The notes under the pieces: model-generated
Told to the model about the DNA's origin: nothing
Database searches by the model: none
Seen by the model: the letters and a program-made list of their open reading frames with translations, nothing else
Part shown: piece after piece, positions 36,801 to 49,300 of the stretch
Numbering within the stretch: position 1 is the stretch's first letter
Layout of the letters: every line of letters starts with the position of its first letter
Source of the DNA: Phaeosaccion multiseriatum
Lineage: Eukaryota; Protista; Ochrophyta, other classes
Direction: 5' to 3'
DNA length: 64,000 bases
Assembly: GCA_965112735.1 (NCBI GenBank)
Contig: OZ218954.1
Location: forward strand, 4,317,695-4,381,694
Position numbers and translations under genes: made by a program

Positions 36801-39773
36801 AGACACGATGGCGAACGCCCCCTCCCCCACCAATGAGCGAAGCGAAGCCTCTCCAATCCTGCGTGCCGCCTTGTGGCACAGGCCAAGCTCCTCACTCCCC
36901 GCACCTTGCACTCCATCGAGTCCCCTCACACTCTCCGATGACGCCAAGCTCCTCACTCCCCTCTCACTCCCCTCACACTCTCCGATGACGCCAAGCGCCT
37001 CCCTCACTATACACTCTCTCTCCGACCCACGCCTTCTGCCTGTACCTTGTGACGCACTTGATGATGCACTTGATGACGCACATGATGACGCACTTGATGA
37101 CGCACTTGATGATGCACTTGATGACGCACTTGATGACGCACTTGATGACGCACTTGATGACGCACGTGATGACGACTTGATGACGCAGGCCAAGCTCCTC
37201 ATCCACGGATCGTTGGACGACGCAAGGGAGTGCGTGTTTTCTCCTCGGACCAGGGGGGCGGGGGGGGCGCAGCGTCACTCCGACGACGGCCAAGACGAGG
37301 ACGCCAAGGCCAGGGGGGACATGTTCCTCTTCCGCATGGACGCCACGGTACGTACGCTTACGTGAAGGGGGAATAGCTAGAGGCAGTGAGCGGCCTCATC
37401 AAGACTTTGCTGACTTAGCATGGTGCTGATGGCTGCTGATGCTCGATGCTGATGGAAGGCACCACAGGCACATGCACACGCAGATGCACACGCACACGCA
37501 CACGCACACGCACACGCACACGCACACGCACACGCACACACGCACACGCACACTCGGACAAACCCTTGCACTCACCTTCACACTCTTTGTCTCTCAAACT
37601 CACGCACAAATACACACACACACGCACAACCCCCCCCCCCCGCCCTCCTCTCTCTTTCTTGCACACTAATATGGGCAGGAGGAGCACTTTCGCAGGGCGA
37701 TGGAGCACCGGCGAGGGGAGGAGGCGTACAAGCTTGTGCAGGACAAGAAGGTGTGCCCTCAGTGCGGAGCCGCACAGAGCTTCGACGAGGTGCAAGAGAA
37801 GCGCAAGAAGTGTGTGAACTGTGCAGTGGAGTACAAGGCGCCGAGCACGTGGGGGCAGGTGGAGCGGCGCTTCTTTGACAAGGTGAGAGGGGGAGAGGTG
37901 CCCTCGGGTTCGGGTTAGGTTGCTGGCTCACTTTTTCGAGCGGGAGAGAGGGGGGGAGCATGCCCCCTCCAAGGACGCTCCGCTAACCCTGCCCCGGCCG
38001 CGAGCGACACCCGTCCTGACACTTGTTGTCACCCCATCCAATGCCATGCACCTTGACACCCCGTCCGTCCTGCAGATGCAGCGTTGGGAGGAGAAGAAGC
38101 GCCATACACTGCAGGACCATGTAAGTAGTACTTTGAAGAACCAAAGGGCGCAAATTCGTTGCATTGGCGTCGCCGCTGGCTGCACATGCCTTAACCGTGA
38201 GGGCATCAATCAAGGCCATACTCATCCGTATGCTCACTCGTCCTAGACTTGACTTGTCCGTCTCTTAGGCTTAGGCTTAGGCCTGCTAGAGGGGACTTGA
38301 CTTGTCCGTCTCTTAGGCTTAGGCCTGCTAGCTAGACTTGTTGACTTATCCGTCTCTTAGGCTTAGCCTTAGGCTTAGGCCTGCTAGACTTGACTTGTCC
38401 GTCTCTTAGGCTTAGGCTTAGGCCTGCTAGAGGGGACTTGACTTGTCCGTCTCTTAGGCTTAGGCTTAGGCCTGCTAGAGGGGACTTGACTTGTCCGTCT
38501 CTTAGGCTTAGCCTTAGGCCTGCTAGAGGGGACTTGACTTGTCCGTCTCTTAGGCTTAGCCTTAGGCCTGCTAGAGGGGACTTGACTTGTCCGTCTCTTA
38601 GGCTTAGCCTTAGGCCTGCTAGAGGGGACTTGACTTGTCCGTCTCTTAGGCTTAGGCCTGCTAGCTAGACTTGTTGACTTATCCGTCTCCGAGGCGTGCT
38701 CTTACTCTCTCTCCCTCTCGTCTGTACCCACAGGAGAGGCGCACGCAGCTGGAGTCCTCTCAGCGTAAAGATGTAAGTACAGCCAGCTTCGTAAGGAGTG
38801 GGGCTTCGCCGCTGTCCACTCCTCGCTAGCTAGCTAGAGCCTAGGGTTAGTTGGGCCCACTCTTCTGCCCATCCTTTCGCGCGCGTTGCGGAGCGTCTTT
38901 TTGACATGTCTCTTGTGCGTGCGGCATCTGCCTCCCTGTCTAGAGACGGCATCTGCTAACCCGAACCCTCCCTGTCTAGAGACGAGGTGCTTCTCACTCT
39001 CCGCTCTCCTCCCCCCCCCACGACACTGCACTGGCTGGCGCTGCCTTTGTCTAGCTTGAGCCCCGCTGGGAGGAGGTCGGAGAGGAGTTCTTGTATCGCA
39101 TGCAGGAGGACATGAAGAGCCGGGAGGAGGGCATGCGACTGGCTGAGGCCAAGGTGGCGGAGGTGAGTGAGGAGCGCAGCCAGGCAAACGAGCAGGCTTG
39201 GAATGGGCAAGTGGAGCGACATGTTGGCCTAATTGTGCAGGCATACGGGCAGGCAGGAAGGCAGGGGGGCATGTGGCTGGGGAGGCAGACAGGCAGGTAT
39301 ATGGGCAGTCAGACAGGCAGGTAGGCAGGTCAGGTAGGCAGGTATGTGTGTATATATGTGGGCAGGCAGTTGTGGAAGCGTACTACCTTCTGGGCAGGGC
39401 GACGCCTTGCTCCACAGGCAGGCCAGCCACGACAGACGTTGGCGGTATTTTTGCAAGGCCTCAAGGCCAAAGGCAGTTTCGAGCGATTCCAAAGGCCCAT
39501 CACTCTTGCCCCCTGTACTGGCCTGACGTCGCCCCCCTGCCCGTCCCACCCTTCCAGATGACCCCATTTAAGCCACAGCTGACGAGCGAATACGAGCTGG
39601 ACGAGAGCCGCTTCGGCGACTTGACCTTCCTGGAGCGGGCACAGGAGGACATGCGCCGGCGGGAGGAGGCTCGCAGAGACAGAGAGGGACAACTCGCTTG
39701 TAGCGGCAGCCTGTACGGCCATGGCTGTGGGGGTACGCGGGGAGGGGGGGGCGAGGGGCGCCTTGTCTTCTGA
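33848..39773 (+). CDS. Uncharacterised multi-exon protein with acidic disordered N-terminus, coiled coils and a CxxC..CxxC zinc-ribbon motif
   Basis: Chain of GT-AG exons, including KVCPQCGAAQSFDEVQEKRKKCVNCAVEYK (~37750-37835) and repeated F.P / F..RM..D motifs (ECVFSPR..FLFRMDA; TPFKPQL..FLERAQED). The 3' end is uncertain. Confidence 0.65.
36521..36729. repeat. Intronic 30-bp minisatellite (7 copies)
   Basis: TCGGGAGAAGCAAGGATGGCAGTGGAGGGA repeated. Confidence 0.9.
37050..37187. repeat. Intronic 12-bp repeat (GACGCACTTGAT)n at the 3' splice site
   Basis: About 11 units ending in GACGCAG acceptor. Confidence 0.85.
38245..38690. repeat. Intronic 48-bp minisatellite containing (TTAGGC)2-3
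   Basis: GACTTGACTTGTCCGTCTC-TTAGGC x3-CTGCTAGAGGG, about 9 units. Confidence 0.9.
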
Positions 39774-40324
39774 CTTGCTTGGGGCGGTGGCCCACCCGCG
39801 GTAGCTAGTGGGGGAGGCAAAGCAAAGTGTGGTAGCTAGAGTTCCCTGCCCTGCCTGGACTGGCTGGCTGGGCTGACTCCATCTGCTGGAGAGTAGGAAG
39901 ATAAGCAACCCCCAAGCTGAGCCGAGTTTCCGTCAAGGAGAAGAGTCGTGGGAAGTGATAACACTGCTATGAGAGAGCAAGGGTGCTGTTCTTAGTCGTA
40001 CCCAGAGACCTCCTCTTTAAGAGAGGGAGGTACCGGCCCCAGCCTGTCCCACCTCCACCACACAAGCTTCCTTGTGTGAAGCAAGGAAGCTTTGCGTTCC
40101 AATTGGTCTATACGGGTTCAGAATCAGGAAGGGGACCAGCCGGCCCCCCAGGTCCGTCCCCCATCTTTATGTTACCCTACATAAGCAACTGCCTACATAC
40201 AGACCCCCCCGGCCGAGACACTCTGTGTGCAGGCCACCAGCCAAGGCTCAACACGCTCCACCAACCTACTACATACGGGCCGATGGGGCGGGTTGAGATG
40301 ATCCCACCAGAGTCTCCTCTGTGA

Positions 40325-40770
40325 CTATGGTGTGACCGGTGCGGTCGAACACGGGGCTCTGTGGGGTTGAAATGGTCCCGGTGGGCAGTCTGGCTGGGCC
40401 TGGTTTCGACCCGGGAGGGTTGAACTGTGCTTTCCCTGGGCCGGTGGGGTTGAAAGGGTCCCCCCATGGTCATCATGAGTCTGCCGTGCGTCTCTGGTGT
40501 GCCCGGTGCGGTCGAACACTCTGTTCTGTGGGGTTGAAGTGGCCCATCTGTGGGCCCCGGTGGGCCATCTGGGCCTGATTTTGACCCGGGAGGGTTGAAC
40601 TGTGCTTTCTCTGGGCCGGTGGGGTTGAAAGGGCCCCGCCATGTTCGTCATGAGTCTGCCCTGCGTCTCTGGTGTGCCCGGTGTGGTTGTACACTCTGTT
40701 CTGTGGGGTTGAAATGGCCCATCTGTGAGCCCCGGTGGGTCATCTGGCGCCTGATTTCGACCGGCGCGGG
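40325..40770. repeat. ~170-bp tandem repeat (~2.5 copies) with recurring GTGGGGTTGAAA motif
   Basis: Units start at ~40329, 40496 and 40671. Confidence 0.8.
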
Positions 40771-41954
40771 AAGGTGAGCTTTCTTAGCGACTTAGAATCC
40801 AGGACCTACGACTCACAGAAGCGGTGGCAGGATGATGTAGCAGCGGCGGATCGATCGTGAGGGCAAAGGAGTGTGTCGACGAGGGTAGGCAGGCAGGCAG
40901 ACACGCAGGCAGCTCCCATCGCATCGCCCCTGCCCGGCCGCTTCTGCAAGGCTTGAACTTGCTCATCAGCACCAATTCTCTGCCTGCTTGTTCAGTGGCA
41001 TTCCTTGGCCTTGGCTAATGTTACCCCCTTTTCCCCGCCCTCCTTCCCTTCCGCCACAAGAAGGAGGAGAAAGGAGGAGTGGCAAAGGAAGCACGACTGA
41101 GAAGATTGAAGGAAGGGGATCACGTCCAGTACTAAGAAAACAACGTGAAAAAGGAGAAAGGAGGGGTGGCAAAAGGAATCACGACTGAGAAGAGGATTGA
41201 AGGAAGGGGATCACGTCCCCTACTCCCAACTCGACGATCGAAGACAACAACAAGCGAGCCTGGCGAGAGACAGGTGCGATTAGCAGACTATAGGCGGGGG
41301 GGGAGCCCCCCTCTCCCTCCCCCCCTCTCCTCTCTCATTTACTGATTACTACCTTCTCTCTCTCTCTGACTTGACCCCGATTGCACCGACTTGTCGCACC
41401 CCACTCCTTTAGCTTTGTAAGAGACAGAGGCCACAAGCGCAGGTTATAATACATCTATATGAACTCCGAAACCAGCCCGAACCCCCCCCCCCCCAATCTC
41501 TCTCTCCACACGTCCGCGTCAGAAGACGGGTTCAGGAAAAGGGTCCGTTAGCAACGTAGTCCACCTTTCTCAGGTTTATGCACCTCTTTTGTTTCTCATC
41601 CTCACCGCGTCTGCCATTCTCCCCCTTTTGCTTCCTCTCCCTCTCTCTGTGCCCCTTCAACCCCTCAGGCATATCCGATCCCAGCAACGGCGTGAGGTGA
41701 GAGCTTCAGCTTAGGAGCTCGCCCACTACTTTGCTTCATCTGTCGTCTTCTTCTCCCGAGCTCCATCCATCTCCTTCTCACTCCCCCTTGCTCCTGCTCC
41801 TGCTGCTGCTCCTGCGGCTGCTTTTCCCTGTCCTCTCTCCTGCCCCCCCCCCCTCTCTTCTCTGTGCCATCTTCTCCCTCACACTTTGCTCAGTGTTTGA
41901 AGTAGCAAGGCCAGTGCTTCTCTCTGCTTTTTTTATTAGTTCGAAGTAGTTATA

Positions 41955-42650
41955 ATGCCGGCCGCGCTGGTAGTTGGTGCGGCGGGGGTTGTATTGTCAT
42001 TGTCCTCCTTCGTGTACACCTTCTTCAAGGATGATGTTGCTGCACGGCGTGACAAGATGCTGCTGCTGAAGGAACTAATCCAGGAGTATCCGGAAGCACA
42101 GAGGGCGATGCAAAGCCTCGGGCATGTGAGGGAGTCTCTAGGGCAGCACGCAGTACCATGGTATGTTCGAGCGTACGAACTGCCGAAAATCGCACAGGAT
42201 GTAGAGGCATCACGACACACGTTGGCCTCGTTTTGGGATATGGTATTGGAACTCAGCAGTGAAGGGCTGCTTCCCCGGGAGAAGGTGTTCCCGACTTTGC
42301 TGACAGGAGGAGGCGGTCCCACCACGACCTGGTTGACGCGAGCCAACAAATATCGCAGACTTGTTGAGCCCTTGGAGTGCGCCAACTATCATCGACTTGA
42401 CTTCAACGTCGACTCAAATGCCGCAAATGGGGGTGACGAACTTCCTGATAGACTGAGGTATACCTTTCAAAATGGGATGGGGTATACTCCTGATGACAAT
42501 CGGCCGTTCCGGTTCGCCGAATTTGAACGCATGTGGGTGCAGAGGCGAGAACAGGAGGAGGATGCGCTGCAGACGGAATTAGAAGAAGTGGAGAAGCGGT
42601 GTTTGGCAGCCCAACTAACTAGACGAAATCCTGCTCTTGCGGCTGTCTGA
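41955..42650 (+). CDS. Hypothetical 231-aa protein with N-terminal transmembrane helix, intronless CDS
   Basis: Complex-sequence ORF with hydrophobic LVVGAAGVVLSLSSFVYTFF. Splice acceptor TTTTTTATTAG just upstream of the ATG and a small UTR-like exon at ~41669-41696. Confidence 0.7.
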   Translation: MPAALVVGAAGVVLSLSSFVYTFFKDDVAARRDKMLLLKELIQEYPEAQRAMQSLGHVRESLGQHAVPWYVRAYELPKIAQDVEASRHTLASFWDMVLELSSEGLLPREKVFPTLLTGGGGPTTTWLTRANKYRRLVEPLECANYHRLDFNVDSNAANGGDELPDRLRYTFQNGMGYTPDDNRPFRFAEFERMWVQRREQEEDALQTELEEVEKRCLAAQLTRRNPALAAV

Positions 42651-43028
42651 TGGCTGCACTCGGACCACCAACTGCTGGCTGCTGTCGGACCACTTACACA
42701 AAAGGGCAATGATAAAAATGCTGACGGGTGAAAAAATGTGGCGAACGGACGGCATTAGTCGTAGCAGGTGCAAAATGAAGTTTTCTTTAGTCGTAATGTA
42801 GCCAATCCTGCTATTGCTAGCAAGTCGGAAAGGTAAAGAGAGGGAGGGGCGGGGATAAGGCTGTAAAGTTTGGAGGCCTTGCCTCAGCTCCGGTAAAGAG
42901 CCGAGTCTCCTCTAGCTTTAGGGCAAAGATGCTAAGAGAAAGGGAGTGCCACTGACTACCTCTCCCGGTGGGCTGTGTGCCACCTCAACATGCCATGTCA
43001 TACAGCCTATTGTAAAGAGTCATCTTGC

Positions 43029-43124
43029 TCTCCTCCTCCTCCTCCTCCTCCTCCTCCTCCTCCTCCTCCTCCTCCTCCTCCTCCTCCTCCTCCTCCTCCT
43101 CCTCCTCCTCCTCCTCCTCCTCCT
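43029..43124. repeat. (CCT)n tract abutting the 3' LTR
   Basis: About 32 units running directly into the TG of the LTR. Confidence 0.95.
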
Positions 43125-43348
43125 TGTCGAAACTACCGACAGCTAGACTGAAAGCCAAGCTAAAGCCAAGCAGAAAGCAGAAGCCAAGCAGAAGCTAAGC
43201 AGAAGCTGAGACAAGCACCCGGAAGCCAGCCCACACGCAGGCTGCGCTCCCTTTTATTTATTACTGATTTACCGTCTGTTGGCCCGTTTTCCGGCCGTTA
43301 CACTACTGATTGGGTCCCCAAGGGACCCCAACTAGGCCACTTCTAACA
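43125..43348 (-). repeat. 3' LTR (224 bp)
   Basis: TG..CA ends. Identical to 56852-57075 except for one substitution (43252 T vs A). Confidence 0.97.
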
Positions 43349-43359
43349 TCCCCCTCACT
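43349..43359 (-). other. Polypurine tract
   Basis: Minus-strand AGTGAGGGGGA immediately precedes the 3' LTR. Confidence 0.85.
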
Positions 43360-43386
43360 ACACCCCCGCTTCTTCCGCCAGCTCCC

Positions 43387-46300
43387 TCAAAAGCCGAGAT
43401 GCGAGCGATAGAATTGCGTCTCGTGCGCCAGCCCGCTGCCCCACTTCTCATGTTGCCGCAGGCGGATCGTGCTTTCCCGTTTAGACCTATGCCCTCTTTT
43501 GACATTCACTCCTGGGTTGAGGGCAGTGTGTGGGAGAGCGTTTTCGAATGCCTCTATGGCCTTGGCGTGTCCCCGCTCCAGCAACCACTCTGCCCATTCC
43601 CAGGTCTGGAAAGTGCCTCCGTCCGCCACCGCCCACCGCACGTTATACTCGCGCCGCAGTGGCAGCCCGGTGGCCTTGCGCCAGCGAAATTTCACAATCC
43701 TCGCCAGCTGGGGCACTTTCCCTTCGCTAACCTCGTCCAGCTCTAAGCTACGCTGCTCCTGCATTGCGCTGGTAGCCCACTGAGGAGAGCACCAACGGAT
43801 ATGGTACCTGGCGAACCCTTCCGGGAGTCCGGAAGGCCGCTCGCTCACCCCGTCGACGAACGGCTTCGTCAAGTCTCTGTGGTACGCCCGTTGCAGCTGC
43901 TCCACCCCATTGCCTCGCACCCGTTTCATAGACAGATACACTGCGCTGCGCTGCATGACCTGATAGTGCTCTTCACTCACCCGCCCGTGCTGAGCACAGT
44001 AGGCCCCCAGTGATGGCCAAGGCAAGACTGTATAAGGACCATCCCACGAATGCTGCAGAGCCTTGAGTTGCGCTGACGGGGGCCCTTCGAGTTCTTCCCC
44101 TTCTTGCTGGGCGGCGGCACCAGGACGATACAACATCACCTTGGATCCGGGTCGCAGGGGCGTCGGCCACCGGCGTGAGGCGTTCTTCAGCTGCAATCTC
44201 CCGTGGTAGTCGCAGCGCCTCCCATTGACCACCGCCGCAGCCGCTGCCAGACGTGCCCGCAGCTCATGAACCCATGCCGAGGCAGACGCGAACGACCCGT
44301 CCTCCACTAGCGCCGGAAGCATCGCCTGTAGAGGCACCGGGGGGTGCCGACCGAACAAGGCGTAGAATGGCGCCATCCCCGTGCTCTCCTGCGAGCGGCA
44401 GTTGTACGCATAGGTGAGCCCGGCGACGTAATCTGGCCACTGCTGCATCTGTGTCTCCACGGTCGTCGCCAACATGTCCTTGATCGTGGCCATGAAACGC
44501 TCCACCTGCCCATTGGCCTGCTGATGCATCGGCGTCGTGAACACTTGCGACGCCGATAGAACCCGCATCACGTCGCCCATGAGCGCACTGGTGAACTGCG
44601 AGCCTTGATCGCTCACCAGCACTCGGGGCACACCCAGGGTGGTGACGACATGCCGCACGAAGGCCCGAGCAATACCTTCCGCCGTATAGTCCTGTGCCCT
44701 CAAAGGCACCACCACTGTCCACTTCGTGAACCAATCCTGAAACACCAAGAGATACTCCTCACCGCCCATGCCCATAGGAAAGGGGCCGGCCACATCAGCG
44801 CCCATGACCGCCCAAGGTCCATCCACCTTGGAAATGGACGACAGAGGCACAGGCTTTGGCTGCCGGCGAGGAGTCTTGCGTGTCTGACACGCCAGACAAG
44901 AGCGGGCCCAATACAGCGCGTGTGCATTCATCTTCTCCCACCATACGCGCTCTTGCAGCGCATCCAGCATACGGCCCGGCCCTTGGTGCCCACCTGCGAT
45001 GGCATCGGTGTGGGCGGTATGCAGCAAGGCTGGCCGCATCTCCTTGGGCACACACACTTGTAGCCGAGTGTGCCGCACCCGCCACCGAAAGCCCCCAGGA
45101 GCCCACTTACGCATCAGGAGCCCGTCCTCGTCCACAAAGAACTCACCCCCACCAGCATCCACCACGCCGCCCGTGGGGCCAGCCTGAACCCGACGACGGA
45201 GTGCTTCCAGCTCCGCATCAGCCCGCTGCGCACGCACCCACCACGCGGCCTCGACATGCAGACTGCCACCCAAAGCTCCAGCCGCTCGTCTGTGCGCGGC
45301 GGCAGCAGGCACCGTGCCTGGTAGAGACCACCCGAACTGTCGCTCTGCCTCTCGTCGATGCACATCAAGCTCGAGCTGCAAGGTGGGCTCCTGCTCCACC
45401 GGCTCCTTAGAAACTGAATCCACTGCATCCTCCGCTTCATTAACTGCATCCGCTGCTTCTTCCGTGGCCAGTAGATCGCCGCCTGCCGTACCAGGCTCCG
45501 ACGGCGACTCCGCAGCTGACAGCTCCCCAGGGGGGGCGATGCGGCCCTCCTCCGGAACGAGCTCCTCACCATCGGCGGCACCAGCAACGGCAGCTGGACA
45601 CATCTCCGAGGGCAGACGAGACGCATCCTCCTCAAGCTCGGCCTCCCATGCAGCCCACGCCTGAGCGGCCACGGCACCCGTTTGCTGAGCCTCCGCTGGT
45701 GTGCACATCGAAAAGTAGTCACGCGACACCTGACTGACTTGCTTCCATGGCAGCTCGATCATGGTATCTAGATGACTGGCCAACGCGCCCACCACCTTCC
45801 GCTGGCGCTTATATGTCCGCGTGAACCGCTCCACCATCTGCATCATTGTCTCCCACGAGCACTGCAGTTTGAATTGCAGTTTGGCCAGGTCGAATACCTC
45901 CAACGTCTTGGAGTGGACACCAAAGATGTAGAGCGGTGACACGTGGTCGCGATCGCCCCAATAACCAACCGCGGCCTGCATGAACCTGCCGACTTGCATC
46001 TCCTCCTGCTCCGCAGGGGTGTGAGCAGGGCTCATCGCGCTAAGCTCCACCCCCGGGCCACCATGGACGAACGGCACACACTCCGCCATGCGAGGCCAGA
46101 GACGGAGGAGCGCCGCAGCGTCAGCAAACGCGTACTCCCGTTGAGCGGCGGACAGCGGCCGCTTCGTCCAATCGGTGGCCCGCTCCTCCTTGCTAAGGTG
46201 TTGCTCCAAAAACATGCTGACAAGGTCCTGGAGTCCGATGAACTGGGCATGTTCGGGGCACACGCTCTTAAAGAGGTCACTGGTGTCCACCAAGTTGACG

Positions 46301-49300
46301 ATGTGCTGGACATGCTCCGCAAGCGCCGGCCATCGGCCCAGGGCACGTTGGTCGTGACTCCAGTGGTGAGCCAGCTTCACAATCGAGGGTTCGGCCCACA
46401 GGTCCCGCAACACTTGCCCCAGTGCCATCATACCCCCCGCCTTCTGAAGCGCGTCTAGATCAATCAAGAGCCCATAATCACGCGCCACATCCGGCAGCGG
46501 CCCAACCTGCACGGCCAATTGCAGCAGCGACGCGCGCCGTCGGTGACGCGCCCACTCCGAATCCATAGCGACCACTTTGGCTGTGCGCAACTGAGTCGAT
46601 AGAGCCTGCACGTGCCTCGGCGTAGACACGTACGTGCACCTCGCTGCGGAAATGTGGCTCACAAATGGCGGCATCTGACCCGGCTGCCAGGCCTCTATCA
46701 CAGCCTTCTTCACACCCAGCTGAGGTGCTCGCGTAGGCTGCCATCCACATTGCTGGAGACGCTGTGTCCAAGCACGCCGAGCAGTACCCCTGCGTGACTG
46801 CGTCGCAGACAAGTCCGACTCTGCAGTCTGCCAGGCTTGTAGGGCCTCCTCGCCGCTCTGCTGCTGCTGGTGGCACCGCTGCTGCTGCTGCTGCGCTGTC
46901 CCGTTAGGCACAGGGGTAGGGAGGCGAGTGTCTGCTTCGCCCTGCAGCTGTTGAGCCACGGCAAGAAAGCGAAGCAGTTCTCCCTCCGTGGGCTCCTCCC
47001 AATGAAGGCTGCACTCGTCCCCCACCATCTCAACCATGTGCACCTGCACTCCCATCGAAGCACACCATGTGTGCAAGGGCGACGGCCCCTCGCACTCCAC
47101 CATGGCCAAGTCCACCCCCGCATGCGTGTCCCACTCCTGCACTGGCAGCGCATTGCGCGAAAGGCAGTCAGGCACCACCAGTTGGCGCCCCGGTCGATGC
47201 ACAAACTGCAAGTGGTGCGTAGAGAGTCGCTCGTACCATCTGAACAGCTTGGAATTGGTGTCCTTGTGCCCCGCCAACCACAACAAGGGCTGATGGTCTG
47301 TCACCACGGTGGTGGGGTAGTGGCAGATGTACATGGCCAGTTTACGCACACACCACACCACTGCCAGCAGCTCCAGCTCCGTGCTGCTCAGTCGGGCCTC
47401 AGTCTCTGTGGTAGCCCGACTGATGAATGTCACCACCCGCTCCTCGCCGGTCGCATCTGTCTGGGAGAGCACTCCTGCTAAACCGTCCGTCGAAGCATCG
47501 GTGCTGAGGGTGAAAGTCGTCTCTGGCCCGTACTCCGGAAAGGCCAGCGCAGGAGAAGACAACAAGTCGGCGACGAGTCCATCCCAAGCTGCATCGTGCG
47601 AGGCATTCCAGGCGGTGCTCACGTCGACGCCCTTACGCAGTAGCCCATTGAGGGGCCGCACTTTGCGCGCAAACTCCGGAATGAAGCGGCGAAAATAGCT
47701 GAGCATGCCAATGAAACGCCGCACCTGCTTAACTCGATTGACGCCACCATCCTTCGCAAGTAACCTCAACGGCTTGACCAGCTCTTGCACCGCCGCATGC
47801 TTAGCCGGGTCTGTGCGCACCCCGTTCTGATCCAGCAAATGCCCGCAGAACCGCACCTCCGGTGCACCCAACACTGCCTTACTCGGCTCCAGCTTGAGCT
47901 TGTGCTCCACCAACCGCGCAAGCACCGCATCCAAATGCTCCAGATGCTGCTCCACCGTAGCCGAAAACACTGCAATATCGTCCACAAAGCATGCCACATG
48001 CTCCTGAAGCCCTTTGAGCACCGTATTCATAAGCCGCACAAAGACTGCAGGCGCATTCTTCGCGCCCTGCGGCATCACTCGCCAAGCGTAAGTACCACTG
48101 TGGCACACAAAGGTGGATATATCCTCTTCCGCTGCTGATGCCATCGGCACATTGAAGTAGCCCGACATGATGTCCATCACCGAGAACACCTTGGATCCAT
48201 GCATCTCTGCCAGCAGATCATCAATTACCGGCATCGCAGGGGCCTCCGTGCGACACGCATCATTCAGCTGAGACAAGTCACACGTCATACGTACCACAGG
48301 CGTCCCATCCTCATGACACTTGGTTTTGCCAGCTGCGTCCGTCTTCAAGACCGCCATCAGCGGAGTGGCCCAGCTGGAAGTGCTGGGGCGAATGATGGCA
48401 GCCGCGAGAAGCTTGTCAATCTCAATCTCAATCCCCCGCCGCAAATGTGGAGGATACCGTCGAGCGGAGCTCCGAATGGGCTGCTGATTCGCATCCTTCA
48501 GTCCCCACTCAAAGAAGAGAGTATCCGTCCGACCGTAGTCACCAGGCCTCTGACAGAATGCTTGCGACCGAGCGCGAAGGATCGCTACCAGTCCCCAGCG
48601 TTGCACCTCCGTCCAGGCACCGTCGCCAATCGTGATAGCGTGCAGGGGCGACGGTAGCTCCCTGAGCCAGAACTGAGCCCTCTCCGTAGTGAGCTGGGCT
48701 CGGCGCCGCTGCTCCACCACAAGCTCTCCTGCATCCCACGACTCCACTCCCCCACCAAGACAGCGACTCTCCTGCAGCACGGCTTGTAATTGGAGCAGGA
48801 GCAGCAGCGCATTGGTCAGATCCTGCTCCACCTTCGCCTGCTGCTGTAATGGGCGACTAGACCACAAGGACAAGAGCTGTTGGGCCCATGCGGCCACAGC
48901 TACGTCCCCAACACCGCTCAGACCCGTGCCAGCGGCTTGGTGTACATGGGAGCGCAGGAGCAGTAGTGCTGTCACAGCCCCCACCTCCGCCGCAACCAAG
49001 CACTCGCGCAGACGTCCATACACTCGCTCCGACAGGTGAGGATACCACTCCTTGAGCAACTGCACTCCTGCCATCAGAGTCCCACCGGACGTGTCACTCT
49101 GGCTACCGAGTCGCAAGGCACCATCCGCATCCAGTACCCACCCATCACCGCGTAGGTCAGTCAATGGTGTGCCCACAGCCGCCGACGCTGAACCTACCAC
49201 AGACCGCAATGGCGCTGCTTCCGACGCCACTGACGACGCCGCCCCTGTCACAGGCCTGCTGGTGGAAGCAGCAGACACCGCCACGTGTTGGACCTGCAGC

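Noticed and set aside
40325-40770. GTTGAAA-ended repeats resembling CRISPR repeats
   Set aside because: The intervening sequences are themselves repeated, so this is a tandem repeat.
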